From Mobula hypostoma (Eukaryota), in NCBI RefSeq assembly GCF_963921235.1, contig NC_086097.1, forward strand, positions 200,944,001 to 201,008,000: a DNA stretch of 64,000 nucleotides, given 5' to 3'. Each line of letters begins with the position of its first letter. Position 1 is the first letter of the stretch. The notes beneath the pieces are model-generated. The model saw nothing but the letters and a program-made list of their open reading frames with translations, had not been told where the DNA came from and ran no database searches. The position numbers and the translations under genes were made by a program. This document shows, piece after piece, positions 50,371 through 64,000 of this stretch.

Positions 50371-53300
50371 ATAAATAACAAGTTAGCTTTGAAGATGTAA
50401 TGTGAGGAACGTGGTAGCCAATTTCTGCAGGCCTATCAAAGGCAATGTGATAATAGCCTGATCAACTATTGTATTTGTTTGAGGAATAAAGTTGGAATTA
50501 AACTTTGCCATCAACTAAGGATGTCGATTTGGTTCAATTGATGGCTGAAACAAATTTCACTGCTGGTTTGGACGTCCTGTGGTTCTGCTGACATCTACAT
50601 TCAAAGAGTTACAGTGAGCTCCCACTTTGTACAGATCTGCATAGAAAGTTTAAGTTAGGATGTTGAGCATTAAGATTTTTGGAGAGTGCTTTTGTAATGG
50701 ACAAAATGTGGGAGTGAGTGACACTATGAGTATTAAAATAATAGTGTTTGTATCATTAATGATGGAGGATGGGAGATATTGGCTGTACTAGTAAGATAAA
50801 ACAAGAACATATAGAGATTTTAACATTAAAATCTACAAGCACTCCAATAAATAATGTTAATTTCAGTTAGGTCATTTGGAAGTGCCTGGAAATTGCCACA
50901 GATCACGGATATGTTAGCCCTGACATATATCAAAATTTCCTATAAGTCCAGAACTGGTGACGACTCTATATATACCAAACAAGGAGTTGGGATGAGTTTC
51001 CAAATCTTCATGGTGTAGCAGAGATCTAGAGATCTTATGAGAGTTTGGATACCTTGCTCTGTGGGACAAATATTTAGCCCACATATGATTACAAACCAGG
51101 AAAAACAAACACTCAGAAAGAATAATTCTGCCTCAACTCTCTCAAATCCACCACCCAACAGCTATACAACATTTTGCTTTTTGGGACTGAAGGCATGTGG
51201 GTTTTCTTAATATCTTAAGCTCATTAGCATACTGCCCATTTCAGGGCCAAACTTTCTGAGGCGCATAGACTTGCAGTGTCCAAACTCTTTAATTTCCTTT
51301 ACCTCACAATGAGGGAAATGACATCAATTGAATCTTATAAATAAACACTGCTGCAGAAGAACTCTACATAATTGGAAGAATAATGTTAAATATTCTTCTC
51401 CAGAATTCGCTAACCACAATATTTGCCTTCCATTAATACCTAATGGATGAAAAGTCAGACAGATTGTTCTCTTTACAAGCAGCAATTCCAAATGCACACT
51501 CTCTTCCCTTGAATCTCTGAATCAGTGTGTTAATTTTTATAAATTACTCTCTATAATGTATTAAAAATGGCAGCCATCTACAGGTTGGATTCATTGTCAT
51601 AAGGGTCAAAACATTTGATCTCAAGTCAACCTAATTACTTAGCTCACGGTGAAATATCCACAGCCATGGAATATTTAACCTGTTGATATTGGTATCAGAG
51701 CATTTCCCTTGGTATTTTGATAATGGGGCCATAAGTGCATTTCCCTTAGAGCTTAAATTCCCAATATGCATCCCTGTGGTACAAGGATCTGTGCCAGAAA
51801 TACTAATTTGTGAACTTGTAGCCTGGCAGTTTTCCATTATATCTCAGAAATGTGGGGAACACATTAAAGTCCCATTGTTCATTGCCAATGTAAAAGCAAT
51901 GTTTTTTGAAAACCTGTTCTTGTTACACCTAACTCTAAGGAAGAAAAGCTTGGATTTATGCAAGTTTTTCATGACCTCAGGGTGTCCTGTGCCCTTTACA
52001 GCCAATTAAATAGTTTTGAAAGGTTGCCACTTTTCGTAAAATGAGAAATAAATCATCCTGTTAGTATGTAGATCTAGTAAAAGCTGTGCAAAACAAATTA
52101 TGCTTTCTGTTGCATAATGTTTATTGAAGAAGTATGTAAAATTCCACCATGAGTGCAAGTTCTATTGTTAGTCATTAATAATAATTGTTAAGGTTAAATA
52201 TTATGAATTTACACTGTCACAGAGTTTTGTGTGTATCAAACACTCAGTCATGAAGATCAGTACACCCTGCACGACATTTTTCAAATTCTGTTGTTAGAAG
52301 TGCAACTAATAAAATTTATCTTGCCAAAATGGGCTTGAAGCATACTCTGAAGAGATTAGGAGAATGATTTTCTGATTTTGCTTTCTCAGTGGGGAAGTCT
52401 GCCTGCCAAGGACATGCATCATAAATTTGTGCCGTGCATGATTTTCAACCATATCAATTAATTGCCCAAAAATCGTACTCAGCATTCACCTGGATTTGTG
52501 ACCATTTGAAATAAACCCACACTACTTCACAGAAGACACCATTAAATTCCACTTTATTATTGTCAAAGAGATTGTGGTGCTTCGACAGAACATGACATTG
52601 TATCCCCACTACTGCAGCACTCAGTTGGAACAGAGGGGCCTGTGTTACTCAGTGAACAAACGGGAATTAATGAGTTTAGCTCACTGGCACAGTAGGACTT
52701 GAATAAATGAGGTGAGGCAGAGACCGGAAGTTAGTGACCACATTCTCTGAGCAGTAACAAGATGCAAGAGATCAGATATCACAGGACACTGAAGATGCAT
52801 ATCATCCTGTAATGTCCATAGATTCCTAAAATAGCAATTTGACACAATTCTGTCCATTATGGAGGGAATATCAAGCCCAAGCCCTACATTTCTTAAAGGG
52901 AATAAAGGATTGCATGCATGTTTTTGGGTCCCAGCAGGTTAAGCAATTGGAGATATGTGCTCAACAAGTGGCTGATGATAGTGCTGACAATTTTGTCTCA
53001 AAGCGTGTTAAATTTGATCATTAGTGTTTCATGGTATGTGAGCCTCAATGCCTCAATATCATCACTGGGACCATTTGCAAGCGATACTCAAGCTATGGTG
53101 GCCAGCTGTGTGCCTGCAGGTACCACTGATGATAGCTGCTGTGCTATGGCTTACTGCAGAGCTAGCAATCCTATCGGCAAAGTGGTTTTGGTATACTTTA
53201 TACTTTTATCTACACTAGTTTTGCTGTGAGACAGGGGTCGTTTCTTCTGCTGCTGCTGCTGCTCGAATAGGATATCTCTTTTGTGGCTAAATCCATGTCC

Positions 53301-53946
53301 ACTCCAAGCATTATACGGCTACTAGACTGCCACTTCCTCCTTTAAATAGAATATCCAACGTGCTTTTCTAAAGGTAACTTTCTGTAAAGCAACGAGATGC
53401 TGAAGTCTTCCCTCGGCTCCACAGTTCCAGCATTACTCCCACTACCCACCCTCAGTCCATCCCGTACCCCAAACTCCAAAGTTAACTTTTATTCACTCTC
53501 CTTGAAGTGCAAGCTGACTGTGGCGGCCTGATAGGCTTTAACTAGCCACCCTGAAGATTCAGATGAAGTCTGACATCCAATTTTGGAACAACCTCAAACG
53601 TTATTTTGTTTTGGTTCACCCAGCCTGAACGCATGCTAGAGCACTCTGAATCCACCTTGCTACTTTCCATACATGGAGCAATCATCAATTTACACACATT
53701 CACAGCTACATTTCAGTTGTACAATTAGAAACAGGCCAGTATAGTTGTGCTCATACACTCTCTTTTGGATTGCAAGCATCCTATACCTTCCCAGCCCAAA
53801 GTTTGTTATCACTTCTTCAACTCGCCACTATCCAACAGATTGGCTAATTTCACTGAAGTTCTTCCATTACTAATTCCTGATGAAATGCCTGGTCCAATTA
53901 TTAATCTCTTGCTTGCACTGATGTTATCTATTCTAGTGAATGTTTC

Positions 53947-54206
53947 TGTTGTGTTTGCTCACCTATAACTGCTGATGAGACCTGAAGCCAGGAGAAAGAA
54001 CGAAGCCAGAACATGAAATAAACCTTTATTCAGTAAAACCATGCAGCTACAAAAACTCAGCAGTGCATCCCAAAATATGACTATTCAAACGGTTTACCCA
54101 AGAATATTTGAGGCATTGTTAGGAACAATGACCAGTCAGTGCAGGTCAGACTGGGATTGGTTGTCAGCTGACCAAAATGTGTTGGCTCTTCCAGCTCGCC
54201 GTAACT
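53947..54206 (-). repeat. 3' LTR of the Gypsy element
   Basis: 260-bp direct repeat of 60856-61114, preceded by a PPT on the minus strand. Confidence 0.85.
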
Positions 54207-56569
54207 ACTCCCTCTTGAAGATGATTACAATTACCTGTAGGATTTGAGCTGAGGACAGATTTAGATTGGAACAATCCAAATCAAGAGAAGGATTGAACTA
54301 CTCAGGTCGGCGAGTGTGCATTAAAAAGCAGTGCTTCACGGGAGTTTCAGCGTTTGAACAGCAGCCAATCAGAATCCGGAAACGCAAAAAAAGATACCCT
54401 AACTCAGGTTGGTGAGTGTGCATTAAAAAAAAAGAGTTTCATGGGAGTTTTAGCATTTGAACAGTGGCCAATCAGAGATCGGGATTCATTAGTAAGTACA
54501 AATTAAAATCTGGCACGGGCAAGCAGAGCAGCCTTTCTTGGAGTGGGCAATCTTAGAGGGGGGATATTGAGGCTTTAACTCTTCATGTCTCAGAGGAGAG
54601 AATTGAGTGAGAGAAGGCAAAAATCTGTAGGCAGATGTTGTTTTCAGTTTCTTCATTTCTTTACTTCTTTATAATTGCACAGTTAGAGCAGCAGGAATGC
54701 CAAGCAGGCTAGCTGAATGCACCACATGTGGCATGTGGAAAGGCAGGGAGACCTCCAGTATCCTGAATGACTTCACCTGCAAGAAGAGCAGCCAGACGCA
54801 GCTATTAACACTCTGCATTAAGCAGTTGGAGCTGGAACTGGATGAACTCCAGATCATTCGGGTGACAGAGAGGGTGATAGACAGGACATATAGAGAGGCA
54901 GTTACACCCAACATGCAGGACACAGGAAACTAGGTGATAGTCAGGAGGGGTGAAAACGTTTAAACCACCAGTGTAGAGTACCCCTGTGGCCATCCCCTTC
55001 AGCAGCAGATACAGTGCTTGGGATACTGCTGGGGAGAATGGTGTTGCAGAGGTAAGTCACAGTGGTCAGGTCTCTGGGACTGAGTCTGGCTCCGTGGCTC
55101 AGAAGGGAATGGTGGAGAAGAGGTGAGCTGTGGTGATAAGGGACTTATTAGTTTGGGAAATGAAAGGAGGTTCTGTGGATGGGAAAGAGATTCCCGGATG
55201 GTATGTAGCCTTCTGGCTGCCAGAGTCAGCGGCATTTTGGATCGAGTCCTCAGCATTCTAAAATGGGAGTGTGAGCAGCCAGGTGAGGTCGTTGTCCATG
55301 TAAGTACCAATGACATAGATAGGAAGAGTGATGAGATTGTGCAAAGTGAGTTCAGAGAGATAGGTGCTAACTTAAAGGACAGGACATCCAGGGTTCTGAT
55401 GTCAGGATTGCTACCTGTGCCATGTGCTAGTGAAGACATAAATAGAAAAATCATACAGTTTAATATGTGGCTAAGGAATTGATGTAGAGAGAAGGCTTCA
55501 GATTTTTGGATCATTGTATTCTCATCCAGGGAAGGTGGACTTATACAGAAGAGATGGTTTGTACCTAAACTGGAGAATGACCAATATCCTAGAGGGAAGG
55601 TATGATGATACTGCACTGGAGGGTTTAAACTAGAGTTGCAGGGGATGGAAACTAAAGTGCCAGACTGATAGTAGAGTAGTTATGGAGATAGATGTTCTTA
55701 AGACCTCAGACAAAGTCAGGAATCTAAAGGTTAAGCACCGTTGGATTAATGTTCTCAGTTGCATATATTTAACTGCAAGAAGTATTGTAGGAATGGCAGA
55801 TGAGTTTGAGGCATGGATCAACACATGGAATTATAACATTGTAGCCATTTGTGAGCCTTGGTTTCAGGAGGGGCAGGACTGACAGCTCAGTATTCCAGGG
55901 TTCCATTATTTTAGACGTCATAGAGCGGGAGGGATTAAAGTGGGAGGGTGGCGTTACTAGACAAGGAAAATGTCACAGCAGTGCTCAGTCAGGACATTGG
56001 AGAACTCATCTCGTAAAGCTTTTTGGGTGGAACAGAGGAAGAAGAAAGGTATGATCATGTTAATGGGGCTATATTATGGACCACCCAACAGAACATGGGA
56101 ATTAGAGGGACAAACTTGTAGGGAGATCGTAGACTCTTTTTCAGATCACAAGCTATTGCAACAAACATAACGTTGTGATAATAAATGAATTTAACTTTCC
56201 ACATATTGAATGGGACTTCCATATTGTCAAAGGACTAGAAGGGAAAGAGTTTATCAAATGTGTTCAGGAAAGTTTCCTTAATCATAGAAGTCCCAAAGAG
56301 ATGGTGTGCAATACTTGATCTCCTGTTAGGGAATGAGACAGGGTAGGTGACAGAAGTTTGTGCAGGGGAACCCTTTGCATCTAGTGATCATAATGGTCTT
56401 GTGACCATTAGTTTCAGGTAATTATGGAAAAGAATAGGTCTGGTACTTGGGTTGAGATTCTAACTTGGAGAAAGGTCAATTTTGATGGCCTTTTTGTCTG
56501 GTAAATGTGTACTTGGTAAGTGGGAGGCTTTCAAAAGTGATATTTTGAGAGCACAATGCTTGTATGTAC

Positions 56570-57432
56570 TGTGACGAGAATACACATAAAATTAAGATGT
56601 TTGCTGGCCTGGGTTAGCATCAGTGACATCAGCAAGTGGTCTGCCACATGTCCCCAGGAGAAGGAGAGATAAGGAACAATGGAGCAGCGTCTGGAGATGT
56701 GTAATGAAGGGACGGGGGAGAGAGAGCTGTCTGGAGCGGCTCCCCCCTTTGAACCTTGAACTGTTTGAAGTGATGGACAGGCGATACCCCAGCAGGGGGA
56801 TAAAAAGGGACCGGTTCGCTAAGGCAGGTCACACACGCCACCCGAGGTAACGAGACCCTGGAAGTGGTACGCCTCTCACGAGTCGGTGGGAAGTATCAGA
56901 CAACGGCCAGGGTGGAAAGGTACGATCAGCGGGAACCCGGTGTGTGTCCGCCCTTGCCTGGGTGCCGGGTTCACTGCAGAGGATCGACCGCATCTGGAGG
57001 AGGGGTCACAGTCGGTGACCTCAGGTGACATCACCAAGGACCCACCCAAAAAGTTGCTTGTGAGCCATATCGCCGGTCTGTGAGTGAAGCCATGTCTGAA
57101 TGATCAGTTGTTCCTGTTCTCTCTCTCTCTCCCCCCACGTTGTCCATCGCCATGACAACGATTACTGCGAACTGAACTACTAAACTGGACTGAACTTTGA
57201 GTCACTTTGAAATTTGGTCATTTACCCCTAGACAACGATAGAGCTTGATTGATGCTGTTATCTTAATTCTGTGCACATGTGTGTTTATCATTGCTGAACT
57301 GTTTCATTTATTATCCTTTCGATTACTGTGTTGCTATTTCTTTAATAAAACTTTCTTAGTTCTAGTACTCCAGACTCCAACTGAGTGATCCATTTCTGCT
57401 GGTTTGGCAACCCAGTTACGGGGTACGTAACA
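56570..57432 (+). mobile_element. solo LTR (863 bp) inserted in CR1 ORF2
   Basis: TG...CA termini, perfect GTAC TSD (56566-56569 and 57433-57436), CpG-rich, AATAAA at about 57344. Confidence 0.9.
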
Positions 57433-57641
57433 GTACCTGTCAGAATAAAAAGCAACAATAAGAGTTTTAGGGAACTTTAGTTTTCGAGAGATTTTGATGC
57501 CCTGGTTAAAAACAAAAAAGTGGTGCATAGCTGGTACAGGCAGGTAGGGTATATAAAATACTTGAGGAGTATAAGAAATGCAAGAGAACATTTAAGAAGG
57601 AAATCAAGAGGTGTAAAAGAAGGCATGAGGTTGCCCTAGCA

Positions 57642-57796
57642 CAGTGGTTCCCAACCTCCGGGCTGCGGTCCGATACATTACCGCGAAGAATGCAGGAGTG
57701 CAGTAGTAGCCGGAACGCACCCAGCACATCTTTAAGAAAAAAGCCAAAATAAACAAGCTAATTAATTAGGTGGCGCCCAGAGGCTGAGAACCACTG
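57642..57796. mobile_element. hAT (Buster/Charlie) MITE, 155 bp
   Basis: TIRs cagtggttcccaacct and aggctgagaaccactg match 14/16. Perfect 8-bp TSD cccTAgca. Confidence 0.93.
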
Positions 57797-59129
57797 CCCT
57801 AGCAGACAAAGTGAAAGAGAATCCTAAGGGCTTCTACAGATATGTTAAGAGCAAAAAGATATTCTAAGGGACCAGATATATATTTGGATAGACAGGGATT
57901 GATTAGCGATAGTCAGCAGGGCTTTATGTGTGGAAGCTTGTGTCTTAGCGTTTTTCAAGGATGTTTCCAGGAAAGAATGAAAGGAAGGCAGTGGATGTTG
58001 TCTGCATGGACTTCAGCAAAGTATTTGACAAGTTTGCAAATGGAAGGTCGGTCAGGAAGGTTCAGTCGCTTGGTATTCAAGATTATTTGGATTAGATATT
58101 GGCTTTGTGGGAGAAGACAGAGAGTGACAGTAGATGGTTGCCTCTGCGACTGGAGACCTGTAGCTAGTGGAATGCCACAGGGATTGGTGCTGAGTCAGCA
58201 AATTTGCGGATGACACCAATTCTGGGGGTGTAGTGGACAGCAAGGAAGACTATCAAAGTTTGCAGTGGGATCTGGATCAGCTGGAAAAATGAGCGAGAAA
58301 TGGCAGATGGAATTGAATGCAGATAAATGTAAGATGCTGCCCATTGGGAGGACCAACCAGGGCACACCACAGTGAGGAGTGTGGTCAGACAAAAGAATCT
58401 GGGAATACCAGTTCGTAATTCATTGAAAGCTGTATCACAGGTAAATAGGGTTGTAGAGAAAGCTTTTGGCATATTGGCCTTCATAGATCAAAGTATTAAA
58501 TACAGGAGTTGGAATGTTATGCTGAAGTTGTATAAGACACGGGGAGGGGGGCTAATTTGGAATATCGTGTGCGGTTCTGGTTATCTCCTACAGGAAAGAG
58601 GAAAATAAGGTTGAAAGTATACAGAGAAAATTTAGAAGCATGATGCTGGGACTGGAGGACCTGAGTTATACTGAAAGATTGAATAGGTTATAATTTTATT
58701 CCCTAGAACATAGAAGATTGAGAGGAGACTTGATAGGGATATACAAAATTATGAGGGGTATAGATGGGATAATTGCCAGCAGGCTTTTTTCACTGATGTT
58801 GGCTGAGACTAGAGGTCATAGGTTAAGGATGAAAGGTGAAATGGTTAAGGGGAACATGAGGGGTAACATCTTTACTCAGAAGGTCAGGAGAGAGTAGAAC
58901 AAGCTGCCAGCACATGTTGTGTATGTGAGCTCAATTTCAATGTTGAATAGAAGTTTAGATAGGTACAATGGATGAGAGGGGTTATGGAGGACTATGTTCT
59001 GGATGTAGTTTGATGGGATTAGCAGCATAAATGGCTTGGCATGGACCAGATGGGCCTGTTTCCTGTGCCTGTCGTTTATGACTCTAACTGGCTTGTGCTG
59101 GCTAACAGTCCTTTTTATGGATTGCAGTC

Positions 59130-60140
59130 TGTCACTTACTTGTCATGATGCTGCTGCTGCCGTGCTGACACTGGTGATTGGTATGGTCAGGGTAAATTGA
59201 ACCCTTCCAGGAGGGGATGAAGATCTCATCTGTGTTTGATGATCTGCCCAATGAACCAGTTGTGCCTTCAGGGACATATGCCCACATCTGGTTGATGTGG
59301 CAACACCAGGGATGTCTGATGCCAATAGCTTCATACAGCACTTTCCCCATTCGTTTGACAATTTGATCTGGTACCCAGGGGTCCATTGCAATACTGGCTG
59401 GCCGACACTGCGGCTCCGGCCTTGAATAACTTTGCCTGTAGACCAGAGTCAGTGTGGCTGCCTTTGTGCGCCTGATTCAAATACTCGACACTGTGGCAGT
59501 GTTACGTCCAACACTGTGCGTAATCTTCTTCACAGGATCTCTTCACTGGAGATTGCCCCTTGAGGCATGGATGCAGTGTAACTTGATATCTCAGCAGAAA
59601 CCTGTGAAGAGTTTCAGCCTCATGATTTAAGAGGTGACCATTTGACATATCCACAAAACTCTCCTCTCGCCCATTGGTCTGCAGATGATGCAGGGGTGAG
59701 TGAATGTGGATAATTCCGCTGTTCTAGCCAAATGCAGCAAATTTTTGTGAACTGAACTGGGTTGTGTTGTGAGAAACAAGTGTTTCTGACATTCCAAAGT
59801 GGATGAAGAGCTGTAGAAACTGTTGAATTGTTGACTTCATAGGTAATACTTCAGGCCATTTGCTATAGACGTCAACCAGGACAATGTAGGTACATCCACT
59901 AACTGGGCCAGCGAAGTCAATGTGTAGTTGACTCCAAGGTCTGGTAAGCTGAGGCTATGGTGCTGGATTGGCTCCACTTGGATTCTTTGCTGTCACAGAG
60001 CACTGAGTTCACCATTTGTATACAGATGCGATGTCTTTGTCAATACCTGCCCTGTACACAAAGCTTCTTGCCAGGGCTTTATTCCATTGATGCCCGGGTG
60101 ACCATGGTGGAACCGTTTCAGTACTTTTGGTCAAAGTGTT
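59130..60140 (-). pseudogene. Gypsy integrase remnant
   Basis: VLKRFHHGHPGI; PWSQLHIDFAGPVSGCTYIVLVDVYSKWPEV; TQFSSQKF...HLQTNGREESFV; WVPDQIVKRMGKVLYE...HINQM. Confidence 0.9.
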
Positions 60141-60855
60141 CTCGGAATCAGTATTCTGTTTCAATATATTAAGCAGGAGTTCACAGTTGAGAGCAATATA
60201 TGACGTCAGTATAAGAGTACGACTTCTTCCTCAACTTTGACTGGTCTTCCGTCAGCAAGGTATCTGGAGATACACTGAAGAAGAGGATCTGCAGCTGTTT
60301 CTGCTCTGATCTTGTCGAGTCTGACCAGAAGACCATTAGTGGCATCCAATAGAACTCACTGCACTTCGCAATCAACTGAAATCGCAGCCATGACTGAGAC
60401 TTTGTTTTCAGTAATCTGCTGATTCATAAGTCTGGAAAGGTAGCTGCTCTCCAAAAATGCTTGTTAACTGTCGGAGAGTTTGGTTGAATGATAGGTCATG
60501 TAGCTTCTTAGGATGAACAAGCAGTAACCAATTTTTACTTGCATATCTTCCACGAGTTCAATTTAGAGGTGAATTCAACCCAAAAGGAATCTTTGTACTA
60601 TTTGAACCAGGATTGAAGTGTAACTCCCAAAGCTGCATTGAACTGGAAGTTGGTAATGGAAGCAACAACTGACTCACTTGAGCTCTGTCAGTGACACTGA
60701 CATCGTTGCACTTGCAGATACCCTGCCCGTTAAGGTTTTGATTAACTTCGTCTAGGCAGCCTCAAATTTAGTTGCTGCTGTTGTAGGATTGCACTGAACT
60801 CTTCTGCTGAAATTGCAGCGTTGATATACAGAAATACAGCATGTTGTCACCAATT

Positions 60856-61114
60856 TGCTGTGTTCACTGGCCTATAACTACTGATGAAACATGAAGCCAG
60901 GAAACAGAACAAAGTCAGAACACAAAATAAACCTCTATTCAGTAAAACCATGCAGCTACAAAAACTTAACAGTGCATCTGAAAGCATGACCATTTAAAGA
61001 GCTTACTGAACAACATTGGAGATGTTGATAGGACCAATGATCAATCAGTGAAAGTCATACTGGGATTGGTTGTCAGCCAACCAATAGGTATTGGCTGTTT
61101 CAGTTGCCATAACA
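60856..61114 (-). repeat. 5' LTR of the Gypsy element
   Basis: Minus strand TGTTATGG...CACAGCA followed by aat-TGGTGACAAC (PBS). Confidence 0.85.
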
Positions 61115-61989
61115 GTCTCGAATATTTGATATTTTTGTTCCAGGTTTCTACTACCTGCAGTATTTTGTTCCTCGAAGGTATTTGAGTAATAGTGCTAATA
61201 AATTTTGTAGTGTTCCTAGACTTTAGGACTGCAGAATTAGCATGGCACCTGATCTGTTACTAAACAGATTTTGCAGCCTAGTAGCATGCACATACCAGAC
61301 CTGAAACTAAACAAAAGACAGTAGAATTGGATTTTAAGGTAAGTTTCTGGAAGATCAAAATAAAACAAAAGCATTTCTTCATATAAAAGTTGCAAAGCCC
61401 CAGGGAACTATAGTACAGGAATTCAAAATTAAAACAATAGGATCTCTGAGACCTGAAACATATGATATCATCTGTTCCCTCAAGACTCACCATAGCAACA
61501 GATTTCACCCCAAGAACACAACAAGAAGTGAGTGTAACTGAAGCTGTTAAATGTAGTCCCAACCATGACAGTTCACTTTCATCCATTTTCTGTAATGATG
61601 TAGTACCAAACCTCTGCCACTTAAATGAGAGTTAAGGATCTGACACAGAGAGGGTGAGTAGTGAGGACATTAGTGTAGATATGCAATAGGTAAATACTGT
61701 AAAACATGGACAGTGAGATTGTACTTTCATTACTACACTGAACAAAAATTCCACACCATTCTCTCTTAAGGAAATTGTATAAATTGGTTTTGCCTTTTAG
61801 ATTGTTTACACCATGCAAATTTACTTAGTTAATTAGTTTCTTCAGTTTGCTTTGAATAACAAAACTTTCTTCATTGGCAATTGCGAAATCTGAATTTCTT
61901 TGTATCTTTAAAGAGACAATCAAAGGATCTTCTCTAGATGCTGTAGTTCCCTTCTTGGAGAGTGTCTAGGTTATAATATGATATGATAT

Positions 61990-62220
61990 CATGGATAAAG
62001 CCCTCCCTGCCATTGAGCACATCCACACAAAACATTGTCACAGGAAAGCAGCATCCACTATCGGGGACCCCCACCACCAGGACATGCTCTTCTCATTGTG
62101 GCCATCGGGAAGAAGTACAGGAGCCTTAGGACTCACACCACTAGATGAAGGAACAGTTACTACCCCTCAACCATCAGGCTCTTGAACCAAAGGGGATAAC
62201 TTCACTTGCTCCATCATTGA
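61990..62220 (+). repeat. Rex1/Babar 3' fragment
   Basis: LPAIEHIHTKHCHRKAASTIGDPHH...LWPSGR. Confidence 0.75.
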
Positions 62221-62469
62221 GAATTTAAAACTTGAAATGTATGATTATCATTTTATGCTTTCTTCAAATGTTTCACCATGGAGAACAATTGAACTGATGG
62301 TGGGACAGATTACACAGAAGAGTGTCATGTGGAAAACAAACCAAAGCCGATTCTCGCTGTATAACAATATGATGAAACAAATAGCAGAATGAGTGACACA
62401 TGTCAGTAAAAAGAGGACCAGAGTGAATTTAGTAAACTGAATGGAGAGACAATAAAAAAGATGATAACA

Positions 62470-63195
62470 GAGAAAACATGACAATAAAATAGCAATTAGC
62501 ATATTTAGTAAAATAAGATTATTCTATAGATATGTAAGTTGTGAGTGATTAGTGAAAGGAGTTGTTAAGGAGGACAAATTAGGGACAATGAAGGCCACAT
62601 TTGCATAGAGCCAATGATTGGAATACCTTTAAGGAAGACGATGTTGCCAAAATATCAGAGGAAGGGAGGCTGGTAGAAATAATTAATGGGTGAATATTGG
62701 TAATGAGCTGGTTCTAGAAAAGCTGGCCATGCCTAAGATAAAATTACCTAGCCTAATAGGAATATAGCCTATGTTGCTGAAGGAAATATATTACATTATC
62801 TTTGCTTCCTTTCAGGCAGGGCTGTTCACCGTGACTTTTTTTATGATACAGCTTTAACACTTGGAAATAGTTGTGCAGGATAACACTTTAAAATTGGTCC
62901 ATGGCACAGGATGTGGAAGTGTAATAAAGGAAATCATATAATGCAGACTGCATTGAGGTGGCAAAATGGATAGACAAGTGTCAAATGATACTTAATACAG
63001 GAAGATGTTGATTTTACGGTTTGATAGAAAAATCAAAATGATTGACTTGGTTTAAAGATATCAGACACTTCCACTTCTCCAATCAGGTGTATGGGGTTGT
63101 GTGGGATCCAGGATCAGCCATGATGGAATGGCGGAGCAGACTCAATGGGCTGAATGGCCTAATTCTGCTCCTATATTTTATGCATTTATGTTCTA
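62470..63195 (+). repeat. very old CR1 remnants ending in a CR1 3'UTR
   Basis: ggatcagccatgatggaatggcggagcagactcaatgggctgaatggcctaattctgctcc at 63111-63171, with weak ORF2-like traces upstream. Confidence 0.55.
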
Positions 63196-64000
63196 ATCCT
63201 ACACCTTATCAGACATGCTCCTTTAACCTTGATTCAAGGCCTCCCTTCAGACACATTCTTCAGACAACATTAGAGACTGGAGGAAGTCTCAGTGCAAGAA
63301 GCTGCCATATTTCCTTACAGGGCCTGAGGGCATTCTTGCTCCTGCCTTCAAACGATAGATTATTTAAATAGTTTCATTTCCTGTGGCTCTTTGATCTCCG
63401 ATCCACTCAGCGAGAGGCTTTAAAGTCAAGGAAGGGCAAAACATTGACGATATCATAGCACTTAAACAGTGGACCTGATATTGTGTCATGTCTTCATCAG
63501 CATTTGCTTCTAAAATTAATTAATCAGGAACATCAAAGGTGATAAGTAAATGAAATAGTTGGTTAAAAAGCTACTGAAAAGTGTACTACTCAAATTTCCC
63601 AACTTTCTTCATGCTACCAGATCCCTTTGTAACCGTCACCAACCTTACTCCATTACCAGTATATCTGAACAGTTCTTCCAGCCTGTTACTCTGACAGGCA
63701 TGTAGTGTCTGCAAGATGTTTAAAGATGCAGTATTAGTTTATTATTGTTACTTGTACCAAGATACAGTGAAAAGCTGTCTTGGTTATTGCTTATACAGAT
63801 CAACTCATTATATAATGCAATAAACTAGAATAAGTTAAAGCAATAACATTGCAGAATGTAGTGTAGAAGCTACTGAAAAAATGCAATGCAGGGAAACGAC
63901 AAAGTGCAAGACCACAATGAGGGAGGTCGTGAGATAGAGTCCACCTTTTATCAGTGATTTGGATGATGGAATTAATGGCTTTGGGGTCATGTTTGCGGAA

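Larger units (their letters stand above)
54250..59085 (+). mobile_element. near full-length but decayed CR1 LINE (5'UTR, ORF1, ORF2 with deletions)
   Basis: ORF1 Zn-finger/leucine-zipper ECTTCGMW...IKQLELELDEL (54697) and SGNH-like VVHVSTNDI (55290). ORF2 pieces LSCIYLTARSI, YYGPPN, FADD. 3' tail atgactcta. The 5' boundary is approximate. Confidence 0.9.
53947..61114 (-). mobile_element. Gypsy LTR retrotransposon provirus, internally deleted and interrupted by a CR1
   Basis: Paired LTRs at 53947-54206 and 60856-61114. 5-bp flanks gtttc and gtctc. PBS TGGTGACAAC (60852-60843). PPT AAGAGGGAG (54216-54208). Integrase remnants inside. Confidence 0.88.

Noticed and set aside
52400..53946. Possible second Gypsy internal region sharing the LTR (tandem provirus), or a Harbinger remnant
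   Set aside because: The shared cctataac motif proved to be inside the LTR, and the TSD closes the element at 53942-53946. Motif matches further left were too weak to call.

Overview
Eukaryotic, AT-rich, repeat-dense genomic DNA. The CR1 tail families, Rex1/Babar LINEs and Penelope-derived short elements suggest a cartilaginous fish, probably a ray (inference). Almost all long ORFs are decayed CR1 ORF1/ORF2, Rex RT, Gypsy integrase or Buster-type hAT transposase. Several nested insertions can be reconstructed with their junctions: CR1 inside a hAT (9092-14914); CR1 inside CR1 (17.7-20.5 kb); CR1 and a solo LTR inside an old LINE (25.3-30.8 kb); Rex inside Rex (40.3-42.5 kb); and a Gypsy provirus (53947-61114) containing a CR1, which in turn contains a solo LTR and a hAT MITE. 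The most distinctive recurring signal is a set of Penelope-derived fold-back elements carrying degenerate minimal hammerhead ribozyme cores (1-764, 5721-5904, 14948-15235, 48288-48619). A few short, phase-compatible candidate exons on the + strand suggest the window lies inside an unidentified host gene. No intact host CDS, tRNA, rRNA or CRISPR array was seen. All alignments were done by eye.
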